A DNA stretch of 64,000 nucleotides. It comes from Patescibacteria group bacterium. GTDB lineage: Bacteria > Patescibacteriota > Patescibacteriia > PEXW01. Where the stretch lies: contig JBBTVB010000002.1 of assembly GCA_038063455.1 (NCBI GenBank), positions 65,296 to 129,295 on the forward strand, given 5' to 3'. This document shows positions 47,451 to 58,911 of the stretch, in pieces. The notes beneath the pieces were generated by a model that was not told the origin of the DNA, searched no databases, and saw nothing but the letters and a program-made list of their open reading frames with translations. Every line of letters begins with the position of its first letter. Position 1 is the first letter of the stretch. The position numbers and the translations under genes are program-made.

Positions 47451-47523
47451 CGGGGTATAGCGCAGTTGGTAGCGCGCTTGCATGGGGTGCAAGAGGCCGC
47501 CGGTTCAAGTCCGGCTACCCCGA
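47451..47523 (+). tRNA. tRNA-Pro (anticodon GGG); CCA not encoded (ACCC)
   Basis: manual cloverleaf: CGGGGTA/TACCCCG, GCGC-AGTTGGTA-GCGC, CTTGC-ATGGGGT-GCAAG, GCCGG-TTCAAGT-CCGGC; embedded in an 18-bp leader/trailer helix (47440-47457 with 47516-47533). Confidence 0.9.
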
Positions 47524-47550
47524 CCCAGCGAGAGGCAGTGTTCAAGCCTG

Positions 47551-47582
47551 CCCCGCACCCGAGCGTAGTGAGTGGTGCGGGG
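47551..47582. repeat. hairpin H2 CCCCGCACC-N14-GGTGCGGGG between the T-arm and 3' acceptor strand of the outer copy
   Basis: perfect 9-bp stem; its loop is 9/14 identical to the reverse complement of the H1 loop. Confidence 0.9.
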
Positions 47583-47679
47583 GTCCCGCCACCCCGACCC
47601 AGACATGGAAGGCAATGCCAAAAAAATTACACGACTGCTTGTCGCTTACAGGATAAATACTCTACAGTAGGAACAGCCT

Positions 47680-48834
47680 ATGTCTGAAACCCACCCAATC
47701 CCAGAGGTGAAAAGGGTCGAAAGCGAACAAGAAAAAGCCGAAAGGCATGCGCGGGAACTTGCTGATTTTTTTCAGGAGATGCAAGAGCATGGCCTGGCGC
47801 CCGAAGCCATGTACCAGCACGGGAAAACCTACGCAGCGAACGAAAACGGTACGGTGGGTACACTCGACCGGCCGTTCGGTGTTTTCCGCGTGGCCGAAGA
47901 GCACCAGCGCGTGGTCGGCTCCAAAGAACGGGCAATTTATAAAACCCAAATGGAATCCAAAACCGGAGCGGGTATCGACCGGGAAGTGGCCTTTTATCAA
48001 AAATTCCTTCCCCAGGTCCAGGCCGCCCTGTCTCCGGAAGTCCGCGAGGGCCTGGCTTTTCCAAAATTGTTAAAGGTATTTGAAAAGGAAGGTAAGGCAA
48101 AAGCCATCCTGCTCTCCGAGCTCCAAGGCGACCTCCTGGGGGTCCATGATTTTGGCTACGAGGGGAAAGCCACGACTGCAGATTTTCAAAGAATTATTGA
48201 GCTAGTGCGGGCCGTGCAAAAAATTTCCCCGGCAGAATTGCAGGCCGCATCTCCTTCCACGAAATCCATTGATCATGCGAACAGTGAAGCGGAGTGGCTA
48301 AGCCAGGATAAAGTCGACCTCATTGGGAAGCAGCTGGGTGAAGGCTACGATACCAAAAGCCTACAGGTCATTACCGAAGCGGAGAAGTCTATCCGCCAGC
48401 AGCCCGAACGCGTACTTTCGGAGGATGTCTTCCAAACCAATCTCATGGTGTTGCCGGATGGGCGGACCGCTTCTTTTGACTGGGAGCGTCTGGAAATCGG
48501 CACCAACCCGGGGCACGACTACGCCAAGTTTGCTTCCCGCATGTGGACCGAACCCGAAAAGCAGCGGGAGTTTATTCGCATGACGCTTGCCGCGAACCAA
48601 GATACCCCCGGGTTCAAAGCCATGTTCAAGTCGAACCTGCTGGCGACAGAGTACAGCCACCTCTTCCGCCACTATGCCGGCATTGTCGAGCGGGCAGAAG
48701 CTGACCCGAGTCGCTATGCCAATCGACCGCAATTACTAGCCGAGGCAGAACAAGCAGCGCCGGCACTCAAACAAGCAATCGCCGAACTACTTGATGACAC
48801 CGGCCCCTGGGCGGAAGAAAAACTTCCAGAATGA
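47680..48834 (+). CDS. protein-kinase-like phosphotransferase (APH/choline-kinase family-like)
   Basis: SEDVFQTNLMV (xxDxxxxN catalytic loop) and SFDWERLEIG..PGHDYAKF resemble the APH family; the usual catalytic His is Ser. Confidence 0.55.
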   Translation: MSETHPIPEVKRVESEQEKAERHARELADFFQEMQEHGLAPEAMYQHGKTYAANENGTVGTLDRPFGVFRVAEEHQRVVGSKERAIYKTQMESKTGAGIDREVAFYQKFLPQVQAALSPEVREGLAFPKLLKVFEKEGKAKAILLSELQGDLLGVHDFGYEGKATTADFQRIIELVRAVQKISPAELQAASPSTKSIDHANSEAEWLSQDKVDLIGKQLGEGYDTKSLQVITEAEKSIRQQPERVLSEDVFQTNLMVLPDGRTASFDWERLEIGTNPGHDYAKFASRMWTEPEKQREFIRMTLAANQDTPGFKAMFKSNLLATEYSHLFRHYAGIVERAEADPSRYANRPQLLAEAEQAAPALKQAIAELLDDTGPWAEEKLPE

Positions 48835-48856
48835 GCAGCCTAAGCAATAAAACAAA

Positions 48857-48885
48857 ATACCGCAGCATATGCCGCGGTATTTTTT
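48857..48885. terminator. bidirectional terminator
   Basis: ATACCGC-N10-GCGGTAT flanked by an A-run and TTTTT. Confidence 0.65.
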
Positions 48886-48897
48886 GGTAAAAATTCT

Positions 48898-49494
48898 TTA
48901 GAACTGAATGTCCTCTTCCATGCGCTTGTAGGCATGGATCTCGTCTGGGCTGAACCAATTCTTGATTTCATTCTCGGCTTCTTCTGGGGTTTCGGAGGCG
49001 TGCACGATATTGTGGACGCTGCGCTTTTCTTTGTTCGCTGCGGCTGCCGAATCAACGGAGTAGTCACCACGGAGCGTACCCATCTCGGCCAGGTATGGCA
49101 TGGTCGGGCCGGCAATTTTGCGAATCATGTCGACGGCGTGCACGCCTTGCACCACCATTTTGACCACCGGACCACTAGTCATGAAGTCGAGTAACCAGCC
49201 GCGTACCATTTTGCCAATCTCGAGCAAGTCAGTGGTGCCGAGTTCGGCCATCATATCGTAGCCGTACTTCTCGTAGGTCTTCGCGGTTTTCTCGCCGACG
49301 CGGCGGGTCCAGGTTTCGTCCTTGGGGTAGTGGTTGTCCATCTCTTCCCGCTTGGCCCAAATCATTTTGAGGGCAATAACTTTAAGGCCGCGCTGTTCGA
49401 AGCGGCTAATAATTTCGCCAATGAGTCCGCGCTTCACGCCATCGGGCTTGACCAAAACAACGGTGCGCTCTTCGCGTGGGTGGGTGGTGGCCAT
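48898..49494 (-). CDS. ndk: nucleoside diphosphate kinase, long form (198 aa)
   Basis: ERTVVLVKPDGV, FMTSGPVV, NIVHAS catalytic His; about 35-aa insertion relative to 140-150-aa Ndk. Confidence 0.88.
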   Translation of the reverse strand: MATTHPREERTVVLVKPDGVKRGLIGEIISRFEQRGLKVIALKMIWAKREEMDNHYPKDETWTRRVGEKTAKTYEKYGYDMMAELGTTDLLEIGKMVRGWLLDFMTSGPVVKMVVQGVHAVDMIRKIAGPTMPYLAEMGTLRGDYSVDSAAAANKEKRSVHNIVHASETPEEAENEIKNWFSPDEIHAYKRMEEDIQF

Positions 49495-49499
49495 AAAAA

Positions 49500-49880
49500 T
49501 TACTTCGCTAAAAGGGTCTTGACCTTATCAACAATGGCGGCTGGTGTAAAGTTGGTCTTGATAAAATAGTCGGTGGCGCCCAAAGCGCGGCCTTTTTGGA
49601 CGTCTTCTTCCTGGCCCAGGTTAGTGAGCATGACAATAGGTGTCTGCTTAAAGGCAGCGTCTGCGCGCAGCTGCTCCAACACTTGGAAGCCGTCCATTTT
49701 GGGCATGATGATATCCAGCAGGATAATATCGGGTGACATTTTTTTGACCAGCGCAATACCAGCTGCCCCGTCGGCGGCATGCTGCAGGTCGTAGCCTTCC
49801 TTGGTGAACTTGGTGGTGTACATCTCGGCAATTAGCGGGTCGTCCTCGATGAGGGCGACAGTGATTTTTTTATCGGCCAT
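49500..49880 (-). CDS. stand-alone response regulator receiver domain (CheY-like)
   Basis: IEDD, LLDIIMPKMDG phospho-acceptor Asp, MLTN, DYFIK; start at ATG 49880. Confidence 0.88.
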   Translation of the reverse strand: MADKKITVALIEDDPLIAEMYTTKFTKEGYDLQHAADGAAGIALVKKMSPDIILLDIIMPKMDGFQVLEQLRADAAFKQTPIVMLTNLGQEEDVQKGRALGATDYFIKTNFTPAAIVDKVKTLLAK

Positions 49881-49919
49881 ATGGGTAATGCTACCAGCGG
49901 GCTGCGGAAAAGGCAATAT

Positions 49920-51389
49920 TTACTGGGCTGGTGCAGCCAGATTCCGAATCCCACTCTCGCCTTCGAACGCAGCAGCGACCTGGAATAGTGAGTCTTCCCG
50001 GTAGCGCGCGGCTATAAACTGTCCACCCACTGGTAGGTGCTGGCTAAAGCCAATGGGCATAGACATCGCTGGCAGGTTAGCGATATTGGCCGGTACGGTA
50101 AAAATGTCGGACAAGTACATGGTCAGCGGGTCGTTAAACTTCGCACCCAAGGGAAAGGCCACCGAGGGCGACGTGGGCCCGAACAGCACATCAACACTGG
50201 CAAAAACCTTGTCGAATTCCTGCGCAATGACGGCTTGTAGTGTTTGTGCGCGATGGTAGAACTGGCCTGCATAGCCTTTGGACAGCGCGTACGTGCCCAG
50301 CAGGATTCGTCGTTGGGGCTCTGCGCCAAAAGTCGCGCCGCGAACCCGCTGAGTATACGCAGCAAAGTCCTCTTTCGGCTCGGGTACGAGTGCGGTGCCG
50401 AAACGCAAGCCATCGTAGCGTGCTAAGTTCGAACTGGCTTCACTGGTAACCATGACCGCGTACATGGCTAAGCAGTCTTCAATGTGCGTAACTTGCACGG
50501 GCACAATAGTTGCGCCAGCGTGCTCCATAATGCGTACTGCATCAGCGACCCGTTCGGCCACCCCGGGGTCAACCCCTGCCATCTGCGCATCGGGGAGCAC
50601 GCCCACGCGCAGCCCTTTAAAACCCTTCTGCAGCACCGCGGCATCAACATGCGGCGCATCAATGGTTGTAGCATCGGCTGCATCCGGGCCGGCAATAGTC
50701 TGAAAAACCGTAAGGGCATCAGCGACAGTTCTTGCAAACGGCCCCACTTGGTCGAGCGATGAGGCCAGGGCAATAAGCCCGGCGCGCGAGACCCGGCCGT
50801 AGGTGGGCTTGAGCCCAACCAGGCCGCAAAAACTTGCGGGTTGGCGAATGGAGCCGCCGGTGTCCGACCCCAATGCTACCAGCACTTCTTCGGCTGACAC
50901 TGCGGCAGCTGACCCGCCAGAAGAGCCGCCGGGCACACGTGTCGCATCCCAGGGGTTCGTGGTTTTTTGAAAGGCCGAATTCTCGGTGGACGAACCCATG
51001 GCAAATTCGTCGAGATTCGTCTTGCCCAGAATAACCGCACCGGCGTCCAGCAAACGCTGCACTGCAGTGGCAGTATATGGTGCGATATAATTTTCCAAGG
51101 CTTGAGAGCCAGCAGTTGTGCGCGTGCCCGCTAGGCAAAGATTGTCTTTAATGGCCATCGGTACGCCAAAAAGCCCGCTGGGTTTTTCGCCGGCGGCCAA
51201 CCGTTTGTCTAGTGCTTCGGCACGCTCAATTGCGGTGCTGGCCAAAACGGAAAGGAAAGCTTTCACCTTGCCGTCGCGGTGGGTGATGGCATCCAGGTAC
51301 GCACCGGTCACGGCTTCCACACTCAAGCTACCACTCGCGTACGCGGCGTGCAGGTCGGCAATGGTCAGGCGTTTAATATCCATACTCAA
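49920..51389 (-). CDS. gatA: Asp-tRNA(Asn)/Glu-tRNA(Gln) amidotransferase subunit A
   Basis: amidase signature GGSSGGSAAAV, KDN; overlaps gatC. Confidence 0.95.
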   Translation of the reverse strand: MSMDIKRLTIADLHAAYASGSLSVEAVTGAYLDAITHRDGKVKAFLSVLASTAIERAEALDKRLAAGEKPSGLFGVPMAIKDNLCLAGTRTTAGSQALENYIAPYTATAVQRLLDAGAVILGKTNLDEFAMGSSTENSAFQKTTNPWDATRVPGGSSGGSAAAVSAEEVLVALGSDTGGSIRQPASFCGLVGLKPTYGRVSRAGLIALASSLDQVGPFARTVADALTVFQTIAGPDAADATTIDAPHVDAAVLQKGFKGLRVGVLPDAQMAGVDPGVAERVADAVRIMEHAGATIVPVQVTHIEDCLAMYAVMVTSEASSNLARYDGLRFGTALVPEPKEDFAAYTQRVRGATFGAEPQRRILLGTYALSKGYAGQFYHRAQTLQAVIAQEFDKVFASVDVLFGPTSPSVAFPLGAKFNDPLTMYLSDIFTVPANIANLPAMSMPIGFSQHLPVGGQFIAARYREDSLFQVAAAFEGESGIRNLAAPAQ

Positions 51390-51670
51390 GCAATTGGCGG
51401 GCTCACAATAAACCGCCCCTCGCGCTTGGACGCTTGCGCGGTTACCACGTCGGCGTCCACAGGTCGCACCATGTCCTCGCGCAGGTGGTTGGCAGGAAGA
51501 GGAATACGGTTTGCTGCTGTAGTCGGCACGCTCGAACCCGCCTGGTTGAGCCGTTCGGTGTATGCCACGATACGCGAAAGTTGCTCAGCATAGGCGTGCC
51601 GTTGCTCGGGGGAAAGGTGAAGCCGCCCCAAGGCGCCGAGTTTTGCAATGTCTTCGTCCGAGAGGTGCAT
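51386..51670 (-). CDS. gatC: Asp-tRNA(Asn)/Glu-tRNA(Gln) amidotransferase subunit C
   Basis: DIAKLGALGRLHLSPEQ pattern; ATGA overlap with gatA; start at ATG 51670, 4 nt after the ligA stop. Confidence 0.85.
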   Translation of the reverse strand: MHLSDEDIAKLGALGRLHLSPEQRHAYAEQLSRIVAYTERLNQAGSSVPTTAANRIPLPANHLREDMVRPVDADVVTAQASKREGRFIVSPPIA

Positions 51671-51674
51671 AGGG

Positions 51675-54564
<2,890 letters not shown>

Positions 54565-54651
54565 AATTGTGAAACGACGCGCACGCTACCTGCCCGCCAT
54601 TGCCGAGCGCCAGGCGAAGGCAGGCGGGGAGAGCGTGCGCTTGGGCATGTT

Positions 54652-54698
54652 TAAAAAACCAAGCGCAGGTCTCCGTGCCTGCGCTTGAAAGTATTTTT
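54652..54698. terminator. bidirectional terminator (stronger on the minus strand) ending the minor-pilin operon
   Basis: CAAGCGCAGG-N8-CCTGCGCTTG; on the minus strand followed by GTTTTTTAAA. Confidence 0.65.
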
Positions 54699-54738
54699 CC
54701 ACCGAGCGCACCCACAGAGAGGTACGCTCGGGCTTATC

Positions 54739-56028
54739 TTACGGGCAGTAATTCTCGTCCGCAGTGCTAAAGGCCGGGCGGGTGAGGAGTTCGTACTGGA
54801 TTAAAGCCCTCGGCGCTGGTGGGATATTTGCAAAAGTAATATTGTAGCTGCTCGTAAATGTATACGGATCTCGGATTATACATGTCGAGGCATTTAGCGC
54901 GCCGACGCTCTTTGCAGCAGTATTACCTGCAGCAACAGTGAGCGACGTTTCATCCCAGCCATCATTATCTGATATAAGCCGGATGTAATACTGGCAAGAG
55001 CCAGTTGCGCAACCGGTAAATGGATCTTCTGGTGTGGTTGGTATGGGGCTATTAGGCGGCACAGGCACAGAAAACGGTCCATACCGCTTCAAATCTTGGG
55101 CAATGGTAATAGGTATTTCTTTTTCTAAATTACTTTCGCTATAGATAAGAAAGTCGAACAAGCCACTAAGCGGCAAAGACCAAGGGAAGAGCGCAGAAAG
55201 GGCCTGCTTCTGCCCAGCTGCGCTACTAATAGATTTAAGTCGGATTTGTGAGTTCACGTCTGGCGAGGTAAAAACGCGTAAATTTTTAACACTGCCAGTT
55301 GTGCCAACCTGCAACGGAGTTATACGTATGCGAAACCCAGCAAATGCGCCTGTTGGACTATAGTTTGGATAAAATTGTGTTATAGGAACCGAAAAACCAT
55401 TGCTACCTGTAATACCATTATCAACGCATGTTTGATCATGAAAACTACTATAACTCACGTACACCTTTTGTGTCCTCGAAAGTTTCAATGAAGTGTCCCA
55501 AGCCACCCAACTTACTTCAAGTACTTCATCATGGGTTGCATCTTCGCCTTCAGCGCAAAGCCGTAGGGTCGGCGCAGAAAAATCAGTCCCACCAGTATTT
55601 AGAGAATCATCAACGTTGTAGAGCTCTATAAATACGCTTTGATTTTCTTTCAACTGCGGCGGGATCGAGACGGCACTACTGGCCTCTTGGCTGGTTGCGA
55701 GCAGCGATGCAGCCGGGATGCCACACGTCCCACCCGTACAAAAGTATTCCTCGTACTCATTGTCTGCCCCAACTGGCAGTGCTGCATCTGTTAACTCCGC
55801 AATGGCTTCGCTTAACTTACCAGATTTGAGGGTATTTATTTTATTCAAACCTAGCTCAATCCCCGACTCTGCACCGTAGTAGCCTTGGTGCCCTTCGCGG
55901 ACCACGCTATTAATGCGCACCTGGAACACCAGCACGGTGGTAAGCGTGATGCCAATAGCCACCACTGCCGACATAATCATGATGGCAAGGATTAGCGTTA
56001 TGCCTTTGCGGGTGTGCTTACGGGACAT
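54739..56028 (-). CDS. PilX-like minor pilin / pilus assembly protein (429 aa)
   Basis: N-terminus KGITLILAIMIMSAVVAIGITL...YGAESGIELGL resembles the PilX_N domain; last gene of a FimU-PilV-PilW-PilX-ordered operon. Confidence 0.7.
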   Translation of the reverse strand: MSRKHTRKGITLILAIMIMSAVVAIGITLTTVLVFQVRINSVVREGHQGYYGAESGIELGLNKINTLKSGKLSEAIAELTDAALPVGADNEYEEYFCTGGTCGIPAASLLATSQEASSAVSIPPQLKENQSVFIELYNVDDSLNTGGTDFSAPTLRLCAEGEDATHDEVLEVSWVAWDTSLKLSRTQKVYVSYSSFHDQTCVDNGITGSNGFSVPITQFYPNYSPTGAFAGFRIRITPLQVGTTGSVKNLRVFTSPDVNSQIRLKSISSAAGQKQALSALFPWSLPLSGLFDFLIYSESNLEKEIPITIAQDLKRYGPFSVPVPPNSPIPTTPEDPFTGCATGSCQYYIRLISDNDGWDETSLTVAAGNTAAKSVGALNASTCIIRDPYTFTSSYNITFANIPPAPRALIQYELLTRPAFSTADENYCP

Positions 56029-56818
56029 ACGAATTTAACCGATCAAGATTTTTGAAAAGTCGGCTGGCAACCGTGGTCTGAAACGTTTGGCTAATGGTTT
56101 GCTGGTTGCTGGTGCGGGACATTTTGAAACTAAAAGTGACGCGCGGGTGCAAGGGCGCAACATCACCATATTTTTGGGGGTAGCAATAGCAAGTACCGCC
56201 GCGCTCGTTTATGCACGTGGAGTCTGCAGGGTCGAGACAAATGGTCCCCCACCGGCAGGAGGCATCACTAGGTATTATGATTGGCGCAGTTGTGGTGCCA
56301 CATACTTGCGCAGCTTGCGCGGCAAAAGGGTCTTCGGTTGGGGCAATGGTAAAGGTAAAGTTTACAACTTCAAGGATGTCGGGAGATATTTTTTCCCAAT
56401 CAGTAAAAGAGCTACAACCCGCAGAGGTGACCGGTGTCGTCAATACTAATCGTTCAACAATTTCGTTATTAAGTCGATAAAGAATTTGCTCGTTTACCGC
56501 ATTCCGCAACACCAAGCAATCATCATTTCCTGCTTGACTTGAGAGCTCGCTAAAAAGTTTTTTCTGGGTTGTCAAGGGTGCGGTGGCGTAGTATTCGTAA
56601 TCAATGCTCCCTTCGCGCACATCTTTAGCAACCTGTTCCATAACTGACCGTGCGTCGTTCTGGAGTTCCTGCTGGTTGAGTGTACGACGCTGCTGCTGCA
56701 CGAAAATAATGAACAGGTTAACAGCCATAACCGTCGTAATTGAAAACACGGCAACCGCGACAAGAACCTCAATCAGCGTAAACCCTTGTGTGTGGCGCTT
56801 AGATGGAAATCCAGTCAT
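56018..56818 (-). CDS. PilW-like minor pilin (prepilin-type N-terminal methylation motif)
   Basis: QG|FTLIEVLVAVAVF; ARSVMEQVAKDVREGS; overlaps both neighbours. Confidence 0.75.
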   Translation of the reverse strand: MTGFPSKRHTQGFTLIEVLVAVAVFSITTVMAVNLFIIFVQQQRRTLNQQELQNDARSVMEQVAKDVREGSIDYEYYATAPLTTQKKLFSELSSQAGNDDCLVLRNAVNEQILYRLNNEIVERLVLTTPVTSAGCSSFTDWEKISPDILEVVNFTFTIAPTEDPFAAQAAQVCGTTTAPIIIPSDASCRWGTICLDPADSTCINERGGTCYCYPQKYGDVAPLHPRVTFSFKMSRTSNQQTISQTFQTTVASRLFKNLDRLNSYVP

Positions 56819-57962
56819 ATAAAAACTCTTGATATCGCGCTTTGGTGCTGCTCGTAGGGGTCGGCCAGCGTACTTCACTAGAAACCAGAACACCGACATG
56901 GCTTATTGAATCTAGATCCCAATCTTCAGCAACTTCTCCGCTGCCATTATTTGCGGAAATATAATCAAAACAATTAAAAGCATTATCCGCGTCAATAACC
57001 AATTCCACCGTTTGCAAAGTTGGGACCGACTTGGTTCCTCGACAAATGGCCTGCATGCTAACAACACGGTAGTACTTCGTCTGTTTGTAGCCAGTGATAT
57101 TGCTCAAATTCTGGACGTACGTAGTTTCAGCATTATCTGTGTATACTTGCGCCCGGGTGTCCAACCAAATTGGGTCTTGAGGGTATATGCCAGTGGTACC
57201 GTCGGCGGTGAGCGTGCTATAAAAATCTAATTTGCCATTGACTTTACCAGATGCCCCAGCAAGCGTTGGGTAACCAAATCCAAACTGAAAAGTATTTAGG
57301 TAAAACTGGTTTACGAGGTACGTTACGTCAATAATATCGGCGCCACCTTCGCCATTATAATCACAATCTGTTGGTCCTTCAGTCATGCAATAGGCTCCGC
57401 TTGCGTCACAGTACTGACCACGGGTAATATCGGTTGGTGCACCCATACAGGCGGGTGGTGGCCCCCAGCCAGTTTCAAAAAGGTAATTAACGAAAGCATC
57501 GAGGTCGCATGCCAGCGCTGCTTCCGGTGTTACTCCTGGCCCATAGGTAAAGGCTGACCCATCAAAACTTTGGTCATTGTTTTCCGTAGTCCGAGTTGCG
57601 GTATTTTCAATGAGCGAACGTTGCTTACACACGCCACCCGTAACCTCGCCAAGATTGTAATTGCGTAAGTAGCTTTCCGGATTACTACTCTTCAACACTT
57701 CACTGTGCAAATATTTATACCAATTGGTCTTGGGGTCATCCACCTTACGCATAGAAGCGGAATTCCGCAGGCTGTACGCCAACTCCAAACCTTCGCGTGC
57801 TAGATTTTGTGCAACAATTCTATCTTGGTTCGCGCGGCCAAGGTTGATACTGGTGTTGAGCAGCACGAGCGTGCCAACCACCCCCGTCAGAATAACCCCG
57901 ATAGCAATAATACTCTCGAGCAAAGCGGTTCCGCGGCGTTTTTTAGAATTGGCAATCGGCAT
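56799..57962 (-). CDS. PilV-like minor pilin (387 aa) with a dockerin/EF-hand-like Ca-binding loop
   Basis: RRG|TALLESIIAIGV (Glu5); AQNLAREGLELAYSLRN; DCDYNGEGGADIIDVTYLVNQFYL. Confidence 0.72.
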   Translation of the reverse strand: MPIANSKKRRGTALLESIIAIGVILTGVVGTLVLLNTSINLGRANQDRIVAQNLAREGLELAYSLRNSASMRKVDDPKTNWYKYLHSEVLKSSNPESYLRNYNLGEVTGGVCKQRSLIENTATRTTENNDQSFDGSAFTYGPGVTPEAALACDLDAFVNYLFETGWGPPPACMGAPTDITRGQYCDASGAYCMTEGPTDCDYNGEGGADIIDVTYLVNQFYLNTFQFGFGYPTLAGASGKVNGKLDFYSTLTADGTTGIYPQDPIWLDTRAQVYTDNAETTYVQNLSNITGYKQTKYYRVVSMQAICRGTKSVPTLQTVELVIDADNAFNCFDYISANNGSGEVAEDWDLDSISHVGVLVSSEVRWPTPTSSTKARYQEFLYDWISI

Positions 57963-58911
57963 CTAGATCTTGTGTTATAACCCCGTCCTTGGTCACGCGC
58001 ACCACGCGGCAATCTTGATTTGGGCGGGTAACCAGACCAAGCATGAAGCGGGCTTCTTTCCAGGGAACATCGGCGCCCAGCCCACCAACCGCAGTGAAAG
58101 GCGTGTGCGTGCTGACGTTGTCCGAGATAACAATGGAGCGACCATCAGGCGTAGGGAAGTGCACCGCAACTTGCAGCGGATAATTTGGATCAACACCACC
58201 GATCGGGCTTGGGGCGGGCTCAGGAGATATTCCCTTCCACGGTGCACCGCCTACGTTGCAACTCACCTTTCCACCCGTGGTGTCTTGCAAGCTCAAGTCA
58301 ACGAGCGTGACTTTTGGGTCGAACGTAAACGTTTCTGCTATTGTATCACCTTTATGGCGTCCACCGCTGCCGTAGCCGTCACTGCTAAAAATATGATCCA
58401 TGGTGGTGTCCACGCCCGCAAACCCATTGTCTTGAGGCATCGGCCAATTTTCAGACTCCAGCCAATTAAACGGGAAGCAATCCCCCTTGCACTGCACGCG
58501 GTCGGCAAACAGGTAGTACTGGCTGCGGTTGGGCCAATGGTTATTTTCAAATGTCGCCCCCGTGCTGCAGCTGGCAAATAGCCCAAAGCCGCCGCTCGGA
58601 GTGCTTACCGTACACGTCGACCCCGGCGTAATTGCTGCACACTCGGCATTACTCGAGCACTTTGTATCGTCATTGGTAAGCGTGCAATACCCAGCAACCG
58701 CGCCGCCTGCGGTATTCTCTTGCGCAAGACGTAAGCGGGACATCAGCAGCGTGGCTTCACGAGAAAGGACGCTGTCATCATTACTGCGCCGGTAGTTAGC
58801 CAGGATAAGCCCGAGCAATGCAATAAAAATCCCAGCCGAAACAAGAACTTCAAGCAACGAGAAGCCCTGCGGAGGTTTTTTCATTTGCCTAGTCAAAGAT
58901 GCAGTCGGCAT
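57943..58911 (-). CDS. FimT/FimU (GspH)-like minor pilin, Cys-rich (322 aa)
   Basis: PQG|FSLLEVLVSAGIF; LLMSRLRLAQE; paralogue of the next gene. Confidence 0.75.
   Translation of the reverse strand: MPTASLTRQMKKPPQGFSLLEVLVSAGIFIALLGLILANYRRSNDDSVLSREATLLMSRLRLAQENTAGGAVAGYCTLTNDDTKCSSNAECAAITPGSTCTVSTPSGGFGLFASCSTGATFENNHWPNRSQYYLFADRVQCKGDCFPFNWLESENWPMPQDNGFAGVDTTMDHIFSSDGYGSGGRHKGDTIAETFTFDPKVTLVDLSLQDTTGGKVSCNVGGAPWKGISPEPAPSPIGGVDPNYPLQVAVHFPTPDGRSIVISDNVSTHTPFTAVGGLGADVPWKEARFMLGLVTRPNQDCRVVRVTKDGVITQDLDADCQF

Larger units (their letters stand above)
47354..47597 (+). pseudogene. disrupted outer tRNA-Pro(GGG) copy carrying three insertions, one of which is a complete tRNA-Pro
   Basis: 5' 35 nt are 33/35 identical to the inner tRNA; the anticodon arm is restored if 47389-47424 is removed; matching 3' acceptor strand CACCCCG at 47590-47596; aberrant 9-nt T-loop. 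Confidence 0.6.

Noticed and set aside
47440-47533. Shared heptamers GCTGGGT / ACCCAGC between the tRNA-Pro leader/trailer helix and the GIY-YIG inverted-repeat arms
   Set aside because: Only 7 nt are shared and the arms are in the opposite order (G-arm first at the tRNA, C-arm first at the cassette). The link is too weak to claim and is noted only as something a genome-wide motif search could revisit.
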